64,000 nt of DNA, from NCBI GenBank assembly GCA_963980225.1, contig CAXBYW010000005.1, positions 1,235 to 65,234 of the forward strand. The letters run 5' to 3'. This stretch comes from an uncultured bacterium (GTDB lineage Bacteria; Patescibacteriota; Microgenomatia; UBA1400; MFAQ01). Every line of letters starts with the position of its first letter. Within the stretch, counting starts at the first letter, position 1. Under the pieces are notes generated by a model. That model searched no databases and was not told where the DNA came from. It saw only the letters and a list, made by a program, of their open reading frames with translations. Shown here one piece after another: positions 1 through 9,997 of this stretch. Made by a program: the position numbers and the translations under genes.

Positions 1-2
1 TT

Positions 3-359
3 TTCTACCCAGAACTTTTATGCCTTGTTATTAAAAGCTCTCCTGTTGGTCAACAGTTAATAAAAAACAAATCCAAACTAGGTTTCATTAAGTACGCCTT
101 TCTTTCTCAAAAACTAATCCGTGGTATAGACAGAGATCCAGAACACATAGATCTTTTGGTGGTGGGCAAGGTCATCATGCCTCAGCTGTCTCTAATAGTA
201 AAGAAACTAGAAAAAGTTTTAGATTCGGAAATAAACTACTCCTCAATGACAGAGGAAGAGTACAAATACAGGAAGGCAAGAAAGGATCCCTTCATTACCT
301 CCGTCCTGCTTCAGCCAAGAATAATGATAATCGGAGATGAAACTAAATTATTAGCCTAA
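3..359 (+). CDS. 5'-truncated (window edge) protein with degenerate nucleotidyltransferase-like C-terminal domain
   Basis: Frame open from window start (FYPELL...); IDLLVVG and EINYSSMTEEEY..RK...DPF resemble HTH/NTase-like proteins. Confidence 0.55.
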   Translation, partial: FYPELLCLVIKSSPVGQQLIKNKSKLGFIKYAFLSQKLIRGIDRDPEHIDLLVVGKVIMPQLSLIVKKLEKVLDSEINYSSMTEEEYKYRKARKDPFITSVLLQPRIMIIGDETKLLA

Positions 360-551
360 ATGACTCACTCACAAAAAATAATCAAAGCAGGTAACTCTCT
401 AGCAGTTACCATTCCTTCGCGTCTGGTCAAAACTTTAGGTTTAAAATCTAAAGACACCGTCCTAGTAATTCAAGAAGATGCAGAAAGTATTACTTATAAA
501 TTCCTAAACCCCCAACAGCTAACTCTCTCCAGTTTAACCCCTAAAACTTGA
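360..551 (+). CDS. AbrB/MazE/SpoVT-family DNA-binding protein
   Basis: KIIKAGNSLAVTIPSRLVKTLGLKSKDTV signature. Confidence 0.8.
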   Translation: MTHSQKIIKAGNSLAVTIPSRLVKTLGLKSKDTVLVIQEDAESITYKFLNPQQLTLSSLTPKT

Positions 552-566
552 GGTACAATAATCTTC

Positions 567-1901
567 ATGTCCAACCAGAAGCTTAATCAGCTATTCTTTT
601 TGATCGTAAGTATTTTCTTGATATCTCTTTTCTTAAGCCTTCCAAGGGAAGTCAAGGTTTTTGGCCACCAACTTCCCGAACTAAACCTTAATTTGGGACC
701 AGTAAATTTTCATCGTGACTTAAAAATAAAACAAGGTCTAGACCTACAAGGAGGAACCAGGGTTGTTCTCAAGGCAGACATGGAAAACATAGAAGAACAA
801 GACAGGTCTGTAGCTCACGAATCAGTTCGCTCAGTCATAAGTAGAAGGGTAGATCTTTATGGTGTTTCAGAGACGAATATAAAAATATCCAAATCAGGTG
901 AAGAGTACAGACTGGTCGTAGAGTTACCAGGTATAGATCAACCCCAAGAAGCCTTGGACCTTATCGGCCAAACAGCTAGGCTAGCTTTTGCTTCACCCAA
1001 CTTTGAGGTTCCACCAGCTTCTCCGTCCGCCGACCCGGTCCTAACAGGTTTCACTCCCACTGACCTTACCGGGGCAGACCTTAAAAGAGCTCAAGTTACC
1101 TTCGAGACAGACAACAGACAGCCCGGTGTCTCACTAGAGTTCAAAGATTCAGGTAGAGAAAAGTTTGCCGAACTTACCAAGCAGTTTATTAACCAACCTC
1201 TAGCAATAATAGTAGATGACTCAATATTAACTGCTCCTATCATCCAGTCCGTCATTACAACCGGCCAGGCCATCATTACCGGACAGTTCACTAATGAGGA
1301 GGCAAAAAGTTTAAGTATTCAGTTAAACTCTGGAGCACTTCCTGTCCCCGTCAGTATATTAAGTCAAAAAAACATTCCTGCTACTTTAGGATCAGAAGCA
1401 GGTTACAAAAGCGTAGTTGCTGGCGGCATTGGTCTAGGATTAGTTGCTCTCTTTATGGTTGCTTACTACGGCTGGTTAGGGGTTATCGCCTCGTTTGGTC
1501 TAGTCCTTTATGGTCTTATCACCATGAGTATCTACAAAATTATCCCAGTCACTCTTACTCTTCCTGGTATCGCCGGTTTCTTACTCTCTGTCGGTATGGC
1601 AGTGGACTCAAACATCTTAATCTTCGAACGCTATAAAGAAGAAGTCAGGGCCGGTCGTTCTCCTAAAGTAGCTCTAGAGCTAGGTTTTGGTAGGGCATGG
1701 GACTCAATCAAAGACGCCAACACAGCCACTATTATTACCGCCCTTATCTTGTTCAACCCACTGGGTTGGGACTTCCTTAACACCTCCGGCGCGGTTAGGG
1801 GATTTGCTCTAACATTAATGATAGGAATATTTATCTCTCTTTTTACTGGTATCGTAGTTACCAGAACCTTACTAAGACTATTCTATAAAAAAGCAAAATG
1901 A
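567..1901 (+). CDS. secD: Protein translocase subunit SecD
   Basis: GLDLQGG, VELPG, LNSGALP, GMAVDSNILIFER motifs. Confidence 0.97.
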   Translation: MSNQKLNQLFFLIVSIFLISLFLSLPREVKVFGHQLPELNLNLGPVNFHRDLKIKQGLDLQGGTRVVLKADMENIEEQDRSVAHESVRSVISRRVDLYGVSETNIKISKSGEEYRLVVELPGIDQPQEALDLIGQTARLAFASPNFEVPPASPSADPVLTGFTPTDLTGADLKRAQVTFETDNRQPGVSLEFKDSGREKFAELTKQFINQPLAIIVDDSILTAPIIQSVITTGQAIITGQFTNEEAKSLSIQLNSGALPVPVSILSQKNIPATLGSEAGYKSVVAGGIGLGLVALFMVAYYGWLGVIASFGLVLYGLITMSIYKIIPVTLTLPGIAGFLLSVGMAVDSNILIFERYKEEVRAGRSPKVALELGFGRAWDSIKDANTATIITALILFNPLGWDFLNTSGAVRGFALTLMIGIFISLFTGIVVTRTLLRLFYKKAK

Positions 1902-2578
1902 ACTGGTTAAAACTATCACCCCTCTATTTTTTCATCTCCTTCCTGCTCATATCCATCAGCATCTTCTCCATCGTTAAATATGGCTTTAACCTATCTATCG
2001 AGTTCACCGGTGGCTCCGTCACTACTCCTCAAGGTTTCGAGTACGTCGGTCCTAGCATCGGTCAAGAAACGATAAGAAAAACCGTCATCAGTATCATCTT
2101 GGCGGTTACGACCCTGTTAGTCTATATATCCTTTACCTTTAAAAAACTAAAATTTGGTGTCTGTGCCATTTTAGCTATGTTGCACGACTCACTTATTCTT
2201 TTGGGGAGTTTTTCTCTTTTAGGTCATTTCTTTGGAGTACAGGTGGACCTCTTGTTTGTCACTGCTGTCTTAACCACTCTTTCATTCTCGGTTCATGACA
2301 CCATCGTAGTTTTCGACAGGATAAGGGAGTTAAGTAATACCCCAGCCAAAGAAGTAGACAATATCAACCAAGCCATCACCGACACCATCGTTAGATCACT
2401 AAATAACTCCCTCACCATAATATTCATGCTCTTGGCTCTTCTGCTTATGGGGGCTAGTTCTACCAAACACTTTATCTTGGCTCTACTCATCGGTACCATC
2501 ATAGGAACTTACTCTTCTACCTTTACTGCGGCCCCTTTACTTACTGTCTGGACCAAGATCTTTGATTCTAGAAAGTAA
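1898..2578 (+). CDS. secF: Protein translocase subunit SecF, short form
   Basis: IEFTGG, VGPSIG, HD, FSVHDTIVVFDRIRE; ATGA overlap with secD. Confidence 0.93.
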   Translation: MNWLKLSPLYFFISFLLISISIFSIVKYGFNLSIEFTGGSVTTPQGFEYVGPSIGQETIRKTVISIILAVTTLLVYISFTFKKLKFGVCAILAMLHDSLILLGSFSLLGHFFGVQVDLLFVTAVLTTLSFSVHDTIVVFDRIRELSNTPAKEVDNINQAITDTIVRSLNNSLTIIFMLLALLLMGASSTKHFILALLIGTIIGTYSSTFTAAPLLTVWTKIFDSRK

Positions 2579-4012
2579 GTACTTCTTAGTGTTCTTACTA
2601 GTGTCTTCAATTACTTCCTCAAATAACTTATTCATCACACTACCAATTTTTGGTCCTGGTTTAATTTTTAAAACCTTCATCACATCTTTACCATTAACCG
2701 CCAAGTCCTTTACTTCCATTGGTTCAAACAACTGTTCACCAATTCTTTTCTGTAACTCCTGAAGTCTCCAGCTAGTGGTCTTGCTCCCACCACCCTTTCT
2801 GTCACCCACTCTTAAAAGCATCATGTTATTTATGTTCTCCTTACCTACTCGTTTGATAAATCTACGTATCGAAGCATCAGTCATTTCCGGCTGGTAGGCA
2901 AACATATGCCAGCGAACCAAGGTAACAAGTTTTTTTATCTGATCCTTCGAAAGTTTTAGTCTCTCACCAATTTCTTCAACCATCCTAGCACCAATTACCT
3001 CATGACCGTAAAAAGTTGTCGCTTCTCTGGTATCCGTCTCAAACTCACATCTAGGACATTTAAGGCTGTCTCCAATTAACAAATCTTTTTCCTTCATCAC
3101 CCAACCACATCTGGAGCATCTCCATTTTTTACTTGCAGGTTTACCGACATCATGTAAGAACGTTGCCAATCTAAGTAATGGGTCAGAAGCAGGGCAGTGA
3201 TTCAAAGATTCTAACATGTGATCTAAAACATCTAGTTTGTGGTGCCCTTTTTGCTCTACTTTTTTTGCCTCCAAAACCTCAGGGATGACGTACTTCATTA
3301 ACCCAGTGGAGATAAGCAGCCTCATCCCATCAGCAGGGTAAGTAGACGCCAGTATCTTAAACAACTCATCTCTAACTCTCTCTTTACTTACCTTTTCTAA
3401 AAGTGGTGACTGAACACTCAAGGCTTCAAGCGTCTCCTTTTCTATCTCAAAACCTAATAAGGCGGCAAACCTAATCGCTCGCATCATTCTCAACGCATCT
3501 TCCCCAAATCTCTTATTAGCCTCTCCTACTGCTCGTATGATCCCATTTTCAAAGTCATCTAGCCCATCAACAAAGTCAATTAAATGGAGGTCATCCATCT
3601 TACCTCCAATAGCTAGGGTATTAATAGTAAAGTCCCTTCTTTTGACATCTTCTTCCAGGCTCTTACCCCACTCCACCTTATCAGGATGTCTGTGATCAGA
3701 GTACTCCTTCTCCGATCTGTAGGTAGTGATCTCATATACCTGCTTTAATCCATTGCTTTCCACCGGTACCATTACCGTTCCAAATTCATTCTCATAAAAC
3801 GGTTCATGGGTCTTCATTAATTCCAGGGTTTCTTCTGGTGTGGCACTAGTGGTTAGGTCGCACTCGACGGGCTCGTTTCCTAAAAGAATATCTCTAGCCG
3901 CTCCACCAATTAAATAAATCTCAAAGCCTTTTTTTGTGAAAACATCAAAAAATTCCAAGACCGTTTTGGGCACTAAACTCATCTCGTCTTTTAATAACTT
4001 TCTTTTTGTCAT
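2537..4012 (-). CDS. cca: CCA tRNA nucleotidyltransferase (class II, HD domain)
   Basis: GGAARD, RRDFTIN, EDALRMMRAIRF, LHDVGK; start moved to ATG 4012, 7 nt after TACAAT. Confidence 0.92.
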   Translation of the reverse strand: MTKRKLLKDEMSLVPKTVLEFFDVFTKKGFEIYLIGGAARDILLGNEPVECDLTTSATPEETLELMKTHEPFYENEFGTVMVPVESNGLKQVYEITTYRSEKEYSDHRHPDKVEWGKSLEEDVKRRDFTINTLAIGGKMDDLHLIDFVDGLDDFENGIIRAVGEANKRFGEDALRMMRAIRFAALLGFEIEKETLEALSVQSPLLEKVSKERVRDELFKILASTYPADGMRLLISTGLMKYVIPEVLEAKKVEQKGHHKLDVLDHMLESLNHCPASDPLLRLATFLHDVGKPASKKWRCSRCGWVMKEKDLLIGDSLKCPRCEFETDTREATTFYGHEVIGARMVEEIGERLKLSKDQIKKLVTLVRWHMFAYQPEMTDASIRRFIKRVGKENINNMMLLRVGDRKGGGSKTTSWRLQELQKRIGEQLFEPMEVKDLAVNGKDVMKVLKIKPGPKIGSVMNKLFEEVIEDTSKNTKKYLLSRIKDLGPDSK

Positions 4013-4043
4013 ACTATATATTGTAGAATACAATCCACTCACC

Positions 4044-5519
4044 ATGAACCCCACATTCAAAGATCTAGTAAATACTATCAAAAAGAACGACATCAAGGTA
4101 GATATCAACGCTTTAGAAGATGCCTATCTATTCGCCAAAAATGCCCATGAAGGTCAACAAAGATACACAGGCGACCCATTTATCGCCCACCCCCTACATG
4201 TGGCTAATACTATTGCTTCATGGGGCTTAGACGAGGCTTCAATTAAAGCTGCCTTACTTCATGACGTCCTAGAAGACACACCAGTTACCTACAAAGAGCT
4301 TGAAAAAAAATTTGGTTCAAAAATCGCATTTTTAGTAGATGGTGTCACTAAAACTGGCCAAGTTCAGTTAAGAAATAGTAAAGATTTAAATTTTGTAGAG
4401 AATTTAAGAAAAATGTTTGTGGCTATGGCTAAAGACATCAGGGTTGTCTTGATCCGTCTGGCAGATCGATATCACAACATGCTTACTCTAGACGCTGTTC
4501 CCCTAAGTAAACAGCAAAGAATTGCCTTAGAGACAGTTGAAGTATACGCCCCTTTAGCTGAAAGACTAGGTATGGGAGAGATAAAAGGAGAGTTGGAAGA
4601 CCTGGCCTTTCCTTTCATAAAACCAGATGAACACGAAAAAATTACCGAGTTATTCAAGACCAAGATAAAGCAAACCAAACAACACACCAATCAGGTAATT
4701 AAACAAATTGAAAAATTTCTTAAAAAAACCAAACTAGACATACAAGTCCATGGTCGCTTTAAAAACAAATACAGTCTTTACCACAAACTCCAGCGTCCGG
4801 GTATAGACAACGATATAAATAATATCCACGACTTAGTTGCCATAAGAATCATTACTAAAAATCAATCAGACTGCTATCTTTGTTTAGGTCACGTCCACAA
4901 GCTATACAAGCCTGTCCCTCACATTGGAGTCTCAGACTTCATCGCTCAACCAAAACCAAACGGATACCAGTCAATCCACACCAAGATCTTTGACCACCAC
5001 GGGGGGACAGTAGAGGTACAGATAAGATCACAGAGAATGCATCAACAGGCAGAGCTTGGCGCCGCCGCTCACTACGCATACAGCCAAGCAAAAAATGACA
5101 TTAAAAAAGACCCTGACGCTTTAGAAAAAGGTACTGCCTTTAAAGCCAGTAAAAAAATGGACTGGGTTAAGCAGTTGGCTAAATGGCAAGACGAGATAGA
5201 AAACATCAAGGAGTTCAAGAAAAACCTGTCTCTAGACACCCTGTCTCACCGGATCTACGTCTTCTCTCCACTGGGAGATGTTTATGACCTACCAGAAGGA
5301 GCTACTCCAGTAGACTTTGCTTTTATGGTTCACTCCGATCTAGGTCTTCATATCAAGGGCGCCAAAGTAAACAAAAAACTAGTACCTCTAAGTCACCCAC
5401 TAAAAAGTGGTGATGTTGTAGAAATAGAAAAAACCAAAAAGAAACAAAAACCAAACAGAGACTGGCTTCAGTTTGTTAAGTCCAGTCAGGCCAAGGCAAA
5501 AATTAGAAGATCTTTATGA
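4044..5519 (+). CDS. rel: RelA/SpoT (p)ppGpp synthetase/hydrolase (HD-SYNTH-TGS)
   Basis: LLHDVLEDT, RLADRYHNM, GYQSIHT, EVQIR, TPVDFAF; start moved to ATG 4044. Confidence 0.95.
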   Translation: MNPTFKDLVNTIKKNDIKVDINALEDAYLFAKNAHEGQQRYTGDPFIAHPLHVANTIASWGLDEASIKAALLHDVLEDTPVTYKELEKKFGSKIAFLVDGVTKTGQVQLRNSKDLNFVENLRKMFVAMAKDIRVVLIRLADRYHNMLTLDAVPLSKQQRIALETVEVYAPLAERLGMGEIKGELEDLAFPFIKPDEHEKITELFKTKIKQTKQHTNQVIKQIEKFLKKTKLDIQVHGRFKNKYSLYHKLQRPGIDNDINNIHDLVAIRIITKNQSDCYLCLGHVHKLYKPVPHIGVSDFIAQPKPNGYQSIHTKIFDHHGGTVEVQIRSQRMHQQAELGAAAHYAYSQAKNDIKKDPDALEKGTAFKASKKMDWVKQLAKWQDEIENIKEFKKNLSLDTLSHRIYVFSPLGDVYDLPEGATPVDFAFMVHSDLGLHIKGAKVNKKLVPLSHPLKSGDVVEIEKTKKKQKPNRDWLQFVKSSQAKAKIRRSL

Positions 5520-6394
5520 ATATTTTAAAGACAATAATCCTATCTCTAGCTATCTTGTTTCCTCTGGTCCCTCAGTACTTAAAAAAAGTATCATCCACAG
5601 ACTCAAAAGTAAAATCCGCGTCAGTCCATCAACTCAAGGTTCCAAAATCTACTTCTTCAATCTCACCTGTATTTACCGCCCAAGCAGTATACGTTCTAGA
5701 CTTAGACTCAAACACCGTCCTTTTCTCAAGAAACTCGAAAGAAACACTCTTTCCAGCCTCCTTAACCAAGATAATGACAGCAGTAGTTGCCTTGGAACAC
5801 TACTCCAAAGATCAAATCTTAACAGTAAAAACAGCCGATCTTTCTATCGGTAACACCATGGAGTTAAAACCAGGAGACAAACTAACCACAATGGATCTAA
5901 TATATGGTCTTTTAGTTGCGTCAGGCAACGACGCTGCCTTAGCTCTAGCAGAGAACTTCCCTGGTGGTTACTCCCAGTTTGTTGTCGCCATGAACAAAAA
6001 AGCTGAAGAACTAAATTTAACCAAGACTCACTTTAATAATACTTCTGGGGTGGAAGACATAGGTCACATCACTACAGCCCACGATCTTGCCATCTTAAGC
6101 CAGTACGCTTTAAAAAACGCTACCTTCCGTCAAGTTGTTGGCACCAAACAAAAAGAAATCACTAGTATAAAAGAAAACAAATACTCTCTTTTCTCCACCA
6201 ATGAGTTGCTTGGGGAAGTTGAGGGTGTCTTAGGAGTCAAGACCGGCTGGACACCAGAGGCTGGTGAGTGCCTTATCACTCTAGTCAATCAAGATAGTCA
6301 CCCGGTATTAATAGTCTTGCTAGGATCAGAGGATAGGTTTGGAGAAACGGTTGGGATGATAGATTGGGTCTATGAAAGCTTCTCTTGGGAATAG
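5516..6394 (+). CDS. D-alanyl-D-alanine carboxypeptidase (S11)
   Basis: ASLTK (SxxK), SGN, KTG motifs; N-terminal hydrophobic segment. Confidence 0.93.
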   Translation: MNILKTIILSLAILFPLVPQYLKKVSSTDSKVKSASVHQLKVPKSTSSISPVFTAQAVYVLDLDSNTVLFSRNSKETLFPASLTKIMTAVVALEHYSKDQILTVKTADLSIGNTMELKPGDKLTTMDLIYGLLVASGNDAALALAENFPGGYSQFVVAMNKKAEELNLTKTHFNNTSGVEDIGHITTAHDLAILSQYALKNATFRQVVGTKQKEITSIKENKYSLFSTNELLGEVEGVLGVKTGWTPEAGECLITLVNQDSHPVLIVLLGSEDRFGETVGMIDWVYESFSWE

Positions 6395-7465
6395 CTACTT
6401 TAACCACTCATCCGTAATGGCCGAGACATAAGCTACAAAATTCTTGTCTCCTAAAAATACATAAACAGGCATCGTATACTCATCCGTTCCTCCATCAAAA
6501 TATCCCAAGAACATCCTTCTTATCTTTATAGTTCCATTATCAGGGCTGTCATTCGTTACAAAACCACCACCATTTTTTAGCTCTTCCCATGCTTCTAGTC
6601 CAGTCTTAATTTGGTAAGTACTCATTTTTGTGTAGTCTATCTCTGTATAATTATTCTCAAGTAAGATTAATTTCTCATTAGGTTTATCAGATCCAGACAA
6701 AATCAATCTAACAAGCCCTTTTCTAGGTGTCGGTCTGTAAAAAGGATAACTAGACAAAACCTCTTTTGTTTCCTCATCTATCTCCTCTATATTTTTTCTA
6801 TAAAAATCAATCTGCACAAAGTCTGCATCAGACAAAGCTAGAGCCAAAGCCAGCTTATCTCCTTCTGCTTTTAGGTAACTGATTTTTTCTTCTCCTAGAA
6901 TATCATCTGGTAATACATCACTAATTCTCAACAACCCAACTCCAGCAGACAGTACCTGGGCATCAGACTTGAAACCAACCACTCTTGCTAGTTCCGGATC
7001 ATTCTGCCACTGTTTTGTCATCCTAAAGTGTCCGGTTATGATGTTCATAATTAGTTTAGAGCTTAAACTATCGTTAGTGTCCCAAATATACTCAGTTTTT
7101 GAATTTTCCACAGGCTTGAAAGTAAAACCTAATTTAGAAGCCTGCTCAATTGCTTTGTTTGCCTTCAAGAAGGTGCTTCTCTCAAGAGGAGAACTGTAAA
7201 CAGTCATCCTGTCAGGAAAAGTAGGAATCTCTCCAGTAGGTAGTTCTAAAAGCATCTCAGGTCTAGTGGTTTCTTCCGGGAACTTCAATTTCTCAAGTTT
7301 TCCAAAACCAGCCAACGGAGATGGAAGAGCTGCTGGAAAATATCGCTTATACACCTTAATACCGGCCCCGCCTAAATACCAAAGCAAGCTAATAGCCACA
7401 AATCCAATTGCTCCATACTTAATTGCTTTTCTTACTACTACTGCTGATTCGGTTAAACTTGCCAT
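6395..7465 (-). CDS. Membrane-anchored hypothetical protein
   Basis: 356-aa ORF with one N-terminal TM helix; divergent from gltX. Confidence 0.75.
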   Translation of the reverse strand: MASLTESAVVVRKAIKYGAIGFVAISLLWYLGGAGIKVYKRYFPAALPSPLAGFGKLEKLKFPEETTRPEMLLELPTGEIPTFPDRMTVYSSPLERSTFLKANKAIEQASKLGFTFKPVENSKTEYIWDTNDSLSSKLIMNIITGHFRMTKQWQNDPELARVVGFKSDAQVLSAGVGLLRISDVLPDDILGEEKISYLKAEGDKLALALALSDADFVQIDFYRKNIEEIDEETKEVLSSYPFYRPTPRKGLVRLILSGSDKPNEKLILLENNYTEIDYTKMSTYQIKTGLEAWEELKNGGGFVTNDSPDNGTIKIRRMFLGYFDGGTDEYTMPVYVFLGDKNFVAYVSAITDEWLK

Positions 7466-7489
7466 CTAACATAAAGTATACTATCAAGT

Positions 7490-8809
7490 ATGACTAAAGC
7501 CAAAGTCCGTACTAGAAATGCTCCTTCCCCAACAGGCATTCCTCATATTGGTAACACTCGTACCGCCCTTTTTGACTACCTACTGGCCAAAAAATATAAA
7601 GGTAGCTTTGTTCTTCGCATAGAAGACACCGATCAAAAAAGACAAGTAAAAGGTGCAGTAGAGGCAATTAACGACATCCATGAGTTTTTAGGGCTAGTTC
7701 CTGATGAGAGCTCAAAAGTTGGCGGTCCATATGCACCATACACTCAAACAGAGAGACTAGGTACCTACAAAAAAGTCGTCAAACAGTTGATAGACAATGG
7801 CGATGCCTACGAAGACGAGGGTGCCGTAAGAATCAAGATGCCCAAAGAGGGTTACACCGTCTGGAAAGACTTAGTTCAAGGTAAAATCTCCATTCCTAAC
7901 GAAGAGGTAGACGACAAGGTCTTATTAAAATCAGACGGCGTCCCCACCTATCACTTAGCCGCCATGGTAGACGATCACTTCATGGAGATCACTCATATAA
8001 TGAGAGGTGTAGAGTACATAGTCTCCACCCCGGTCCACTTAAAGATATACGAATCCTTAGGCTGGCAACCTCCAGTATTCATGCACGTCCCCTTACTCTT
8101 AGGTCCAGACAAATCCAAGTTAAGTAAACGTCATGGTGCCAAGAATGTACTTCAGTTTAAAGAAGAAGGTTACCTACCAGAAGCCATCAACAACTTTTTG
8201 TTTTACTTAGGTTTCTCATACAAAGATAACTCGGATCTTTTGACCATGAAAGAAATGATCGACATCTTTGATGAAAACAAGATAAGTAAGAGCAACGCTA
8301 TCTTTGACATACAAAAACTTAACTACTTCAACTCAAAGTGGATTAAAAAATTAGAAGGGGAAGATCTATTAAAAAGACTCATTCCTTTTGTAAAACCATC
8401 CTATAAAAAAGATAAAAAAAAGTTGACTCAAATACTTCCCTTAGTTAAAGATAGACTAACCAAGTTAAACGAGGCAAATGATTTAATAGACTTTTTTTTC
8501 CAGTTTGAAAAACCAGACATAGATAGTCTTTTAGAAAGTAGCCAAGCTAGTCCGGCTCTGACCTTAAGTTGGTTCAATATGGTTCAAAATGACCTTGAAG
8601 CATTAGTTGAGTTTGACCCAGAATCTATTCACAAGCTACTCAAAAAAACTCAAGAGTTATCAGACCTTTCACCTCGTCAGGCATTTATGAGTTTGCGTCT
8701 AGCTATTACCGCTAAGGACGTCACTCCACCACTTTTCGATTGCATATCTATTCTTGGAAAAGAGGAATCCTTAAAAAGACTGAAAGATTCCATGACTTCA
8801 CTTAAATGA
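7490..8809 (+). CDS. gltX: Glutamate--tRNA ligase
   Basis: APSPTG-HIGN, RIEDTD, KLSKR. Confidence 0.97.
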   Translation: MTKAKVRTRNAPSPTGIPHIGNTRTALFDYLLAKKYKGSFVLRIEDTDQKRQVKGAVEAINDIHEFLGLVPDESSKVGGPYAPYTQTERLGTYKKVVKQLIDNGDAYEDEGAVRIKMPKEGYTVWKDLVQGKISIPNEEVDDKVLLKSDGVPTYHLAAMVDDHFMEITHIMRGVEYIVSTPVHLKIYESLGWQPPVFMHVPLLLGPDKSKLSKRHGAKNVLQFKEEGYLPEAINNFLFYLGFSYKDNSDLLTMKEMIDIFDENKISKSNAIFDIQKLNYFNSKWIKKLEGEDLLKRLIPFVKPSYKKDKKKLTQILPLVKDRLTKLNEANDLIDFFFQFEKPDIDSLLESSQASPALTLSWFNMVQNDLEALVEFDPESIHKLLKKTQELSDLSPRQAFMSLRLAITAKDVTPPLFDCISILGKEESLKRLKDSMTSLK

Positions 8810-9672
8810 ATAAAGATACTGCCCTCCAGAATACCATTGCTAATTTAGAAAAAAGGTCTAGTTCATTAAGAAAGGATCTTCTAAAACATAAAACCGCCAA
8901 AAAGTTCTACACCAAATCAACTCTTCTGGCTCATGAACTAAGACAAAAATCTACCCAATTACTCGCCGGAGCAGGTCTAGTTGGAACTCTCTTGGCTACT
9001 CCTGTCGGCTCCATCGTTGCTAATCAGCCAGTCCAAATTACTCAAGAAAACCTCCAACAAAACTTGACCAACAACTTAAATTCCATTGTTCCCCATCAAC
9101 CAACCAAGCTTTCTTCGGATCAAGCTAAAGACATAGAAAAACAAATCCAAGACACACTAGGTATCCCGGCTAAAGCAGTCCTAAATGATCAAACATTAAA
9201 TCACCAAGTAGGCTACATAGGTTATGAGCAGCATTTACAAAGATATCCAGGAGATTCAATAGACCAACACGATGAAGAACTAATAGCTGGTATCGCTCCA
9301 GGCAAAGGCGCTTGGGGCTACTTCTCTCCTACCAAACAAGACTTTACTACACAGGACTACCTTAGAGAAAAATATTACTCTGTAGCCCAAACTCTTTACC
9401 TACCCAACTGGAATCAGGACTTTAGGTACCTAAGAGACTGGTACAAATACAGAAAGATTCTTGTAGTTAACCCCGCTAACGGCCAAGCAGTAGTTACTGT
9501 TTTAGCTGATGCCGGGCCAGCCAAGTGGACTGGTAAGCAGTTTGGTGGTTCACCGGAAACAATGAAAGAACTAAACCTCCACAAAGGCAGTAGAAAAGGC
9601 TTAGTTTTATTTTTATTTATAGACGACCCAGACAACCTTATTCCATTAGGTCCAGTTACTAGTAAAATATAG
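8806..9672 (+). CDS. Hypothetical protein with RlpA-like (DPBB) C-terminal region
   Basis: TM segment, then KILVVNPANGQAVVTVLADAGP..GKQFGGSP. Confidence 0.6.
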   Translation: MNKDTALQNTIANLEKRSSSLRKDLLKHKTAKKFYTKSTLLAHELRQKSTQLLAGAGLVGTLLATPVGSIVANQPVQITQENLQQNLTNNLNSIVPHQPTKLSSDQAKDIEKQIQDTLGIPAKAVLNDQTLNHQVGYIGYEQHLQRYPGDSIDQHDEELIAGIAPGKGAWGYFSPTKQDFTTQDYLREKYYSVAQTLYLPNWNQDFRYLRDWYKYRKILVVNPANGQAVVTVLADAGPAKWTGKQFGGSPETMKELNLHKGSRKGLVLFLFIDDPDNLIPLGPVTSKI

Positions 9673-9676
9673 TCCT

Positions 9677-9997
9677 ATGTCCATAATCTTTTACGATCAC
9701 TTAATAAATAAACACGAACTCCTAGTCATCATTGATAAAACAGAAGGTGAGGACAATCATAAAAGTAAGATCAAGCATTTGGTCGACGATATTCTCCACC
9801 AGGGGATTGTAGAGTTCACCTTATCCAAGTTAAAACCCAAACATCACAAGGTCTTTCTACAACAACTCCATCACGCTCCATATAGCCCCGAAATTCTAGA
9901 CTACCTCAAGGAAAAAGTTGCTCATGACATAGAAGAGCAAATCCAAAAACATGCAGACAAACTAATTAAAAAAGTCAGAAAAGATCTAGGTCTCTAA
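9677..9997 (+). CDS. Hypothetical protein
   Basis: 106-aa ORF tightly packed in the gltX operon. Confidence 0.7.
   Translation: MSIIFYDHLINKHELLVIIDKTEGEDNHKSKIKHLVDDILHQGIVEFTLSKLKPKHHKVFLQQLHHAPYSPEILDYLKEKVAHDIEEQIQKHADKLIKKVRKDLGL

Noticed and set aside
3-551. Toxin-antitoxin pair (NTase-like plus AbrB)
   Set aside because: The first gene is cut by the window and looks catalytically degenerate, and no HEPN, PIN or MazF partner is visible.
3936-4108. Long overlapping N-termini of cca and rel in the ORF track
   Set aside because: Downstream ATGs (4012 and 4044) with -10 boxes remove the overlap; the same applies to the extensions at 22922, 35092 and 59635.
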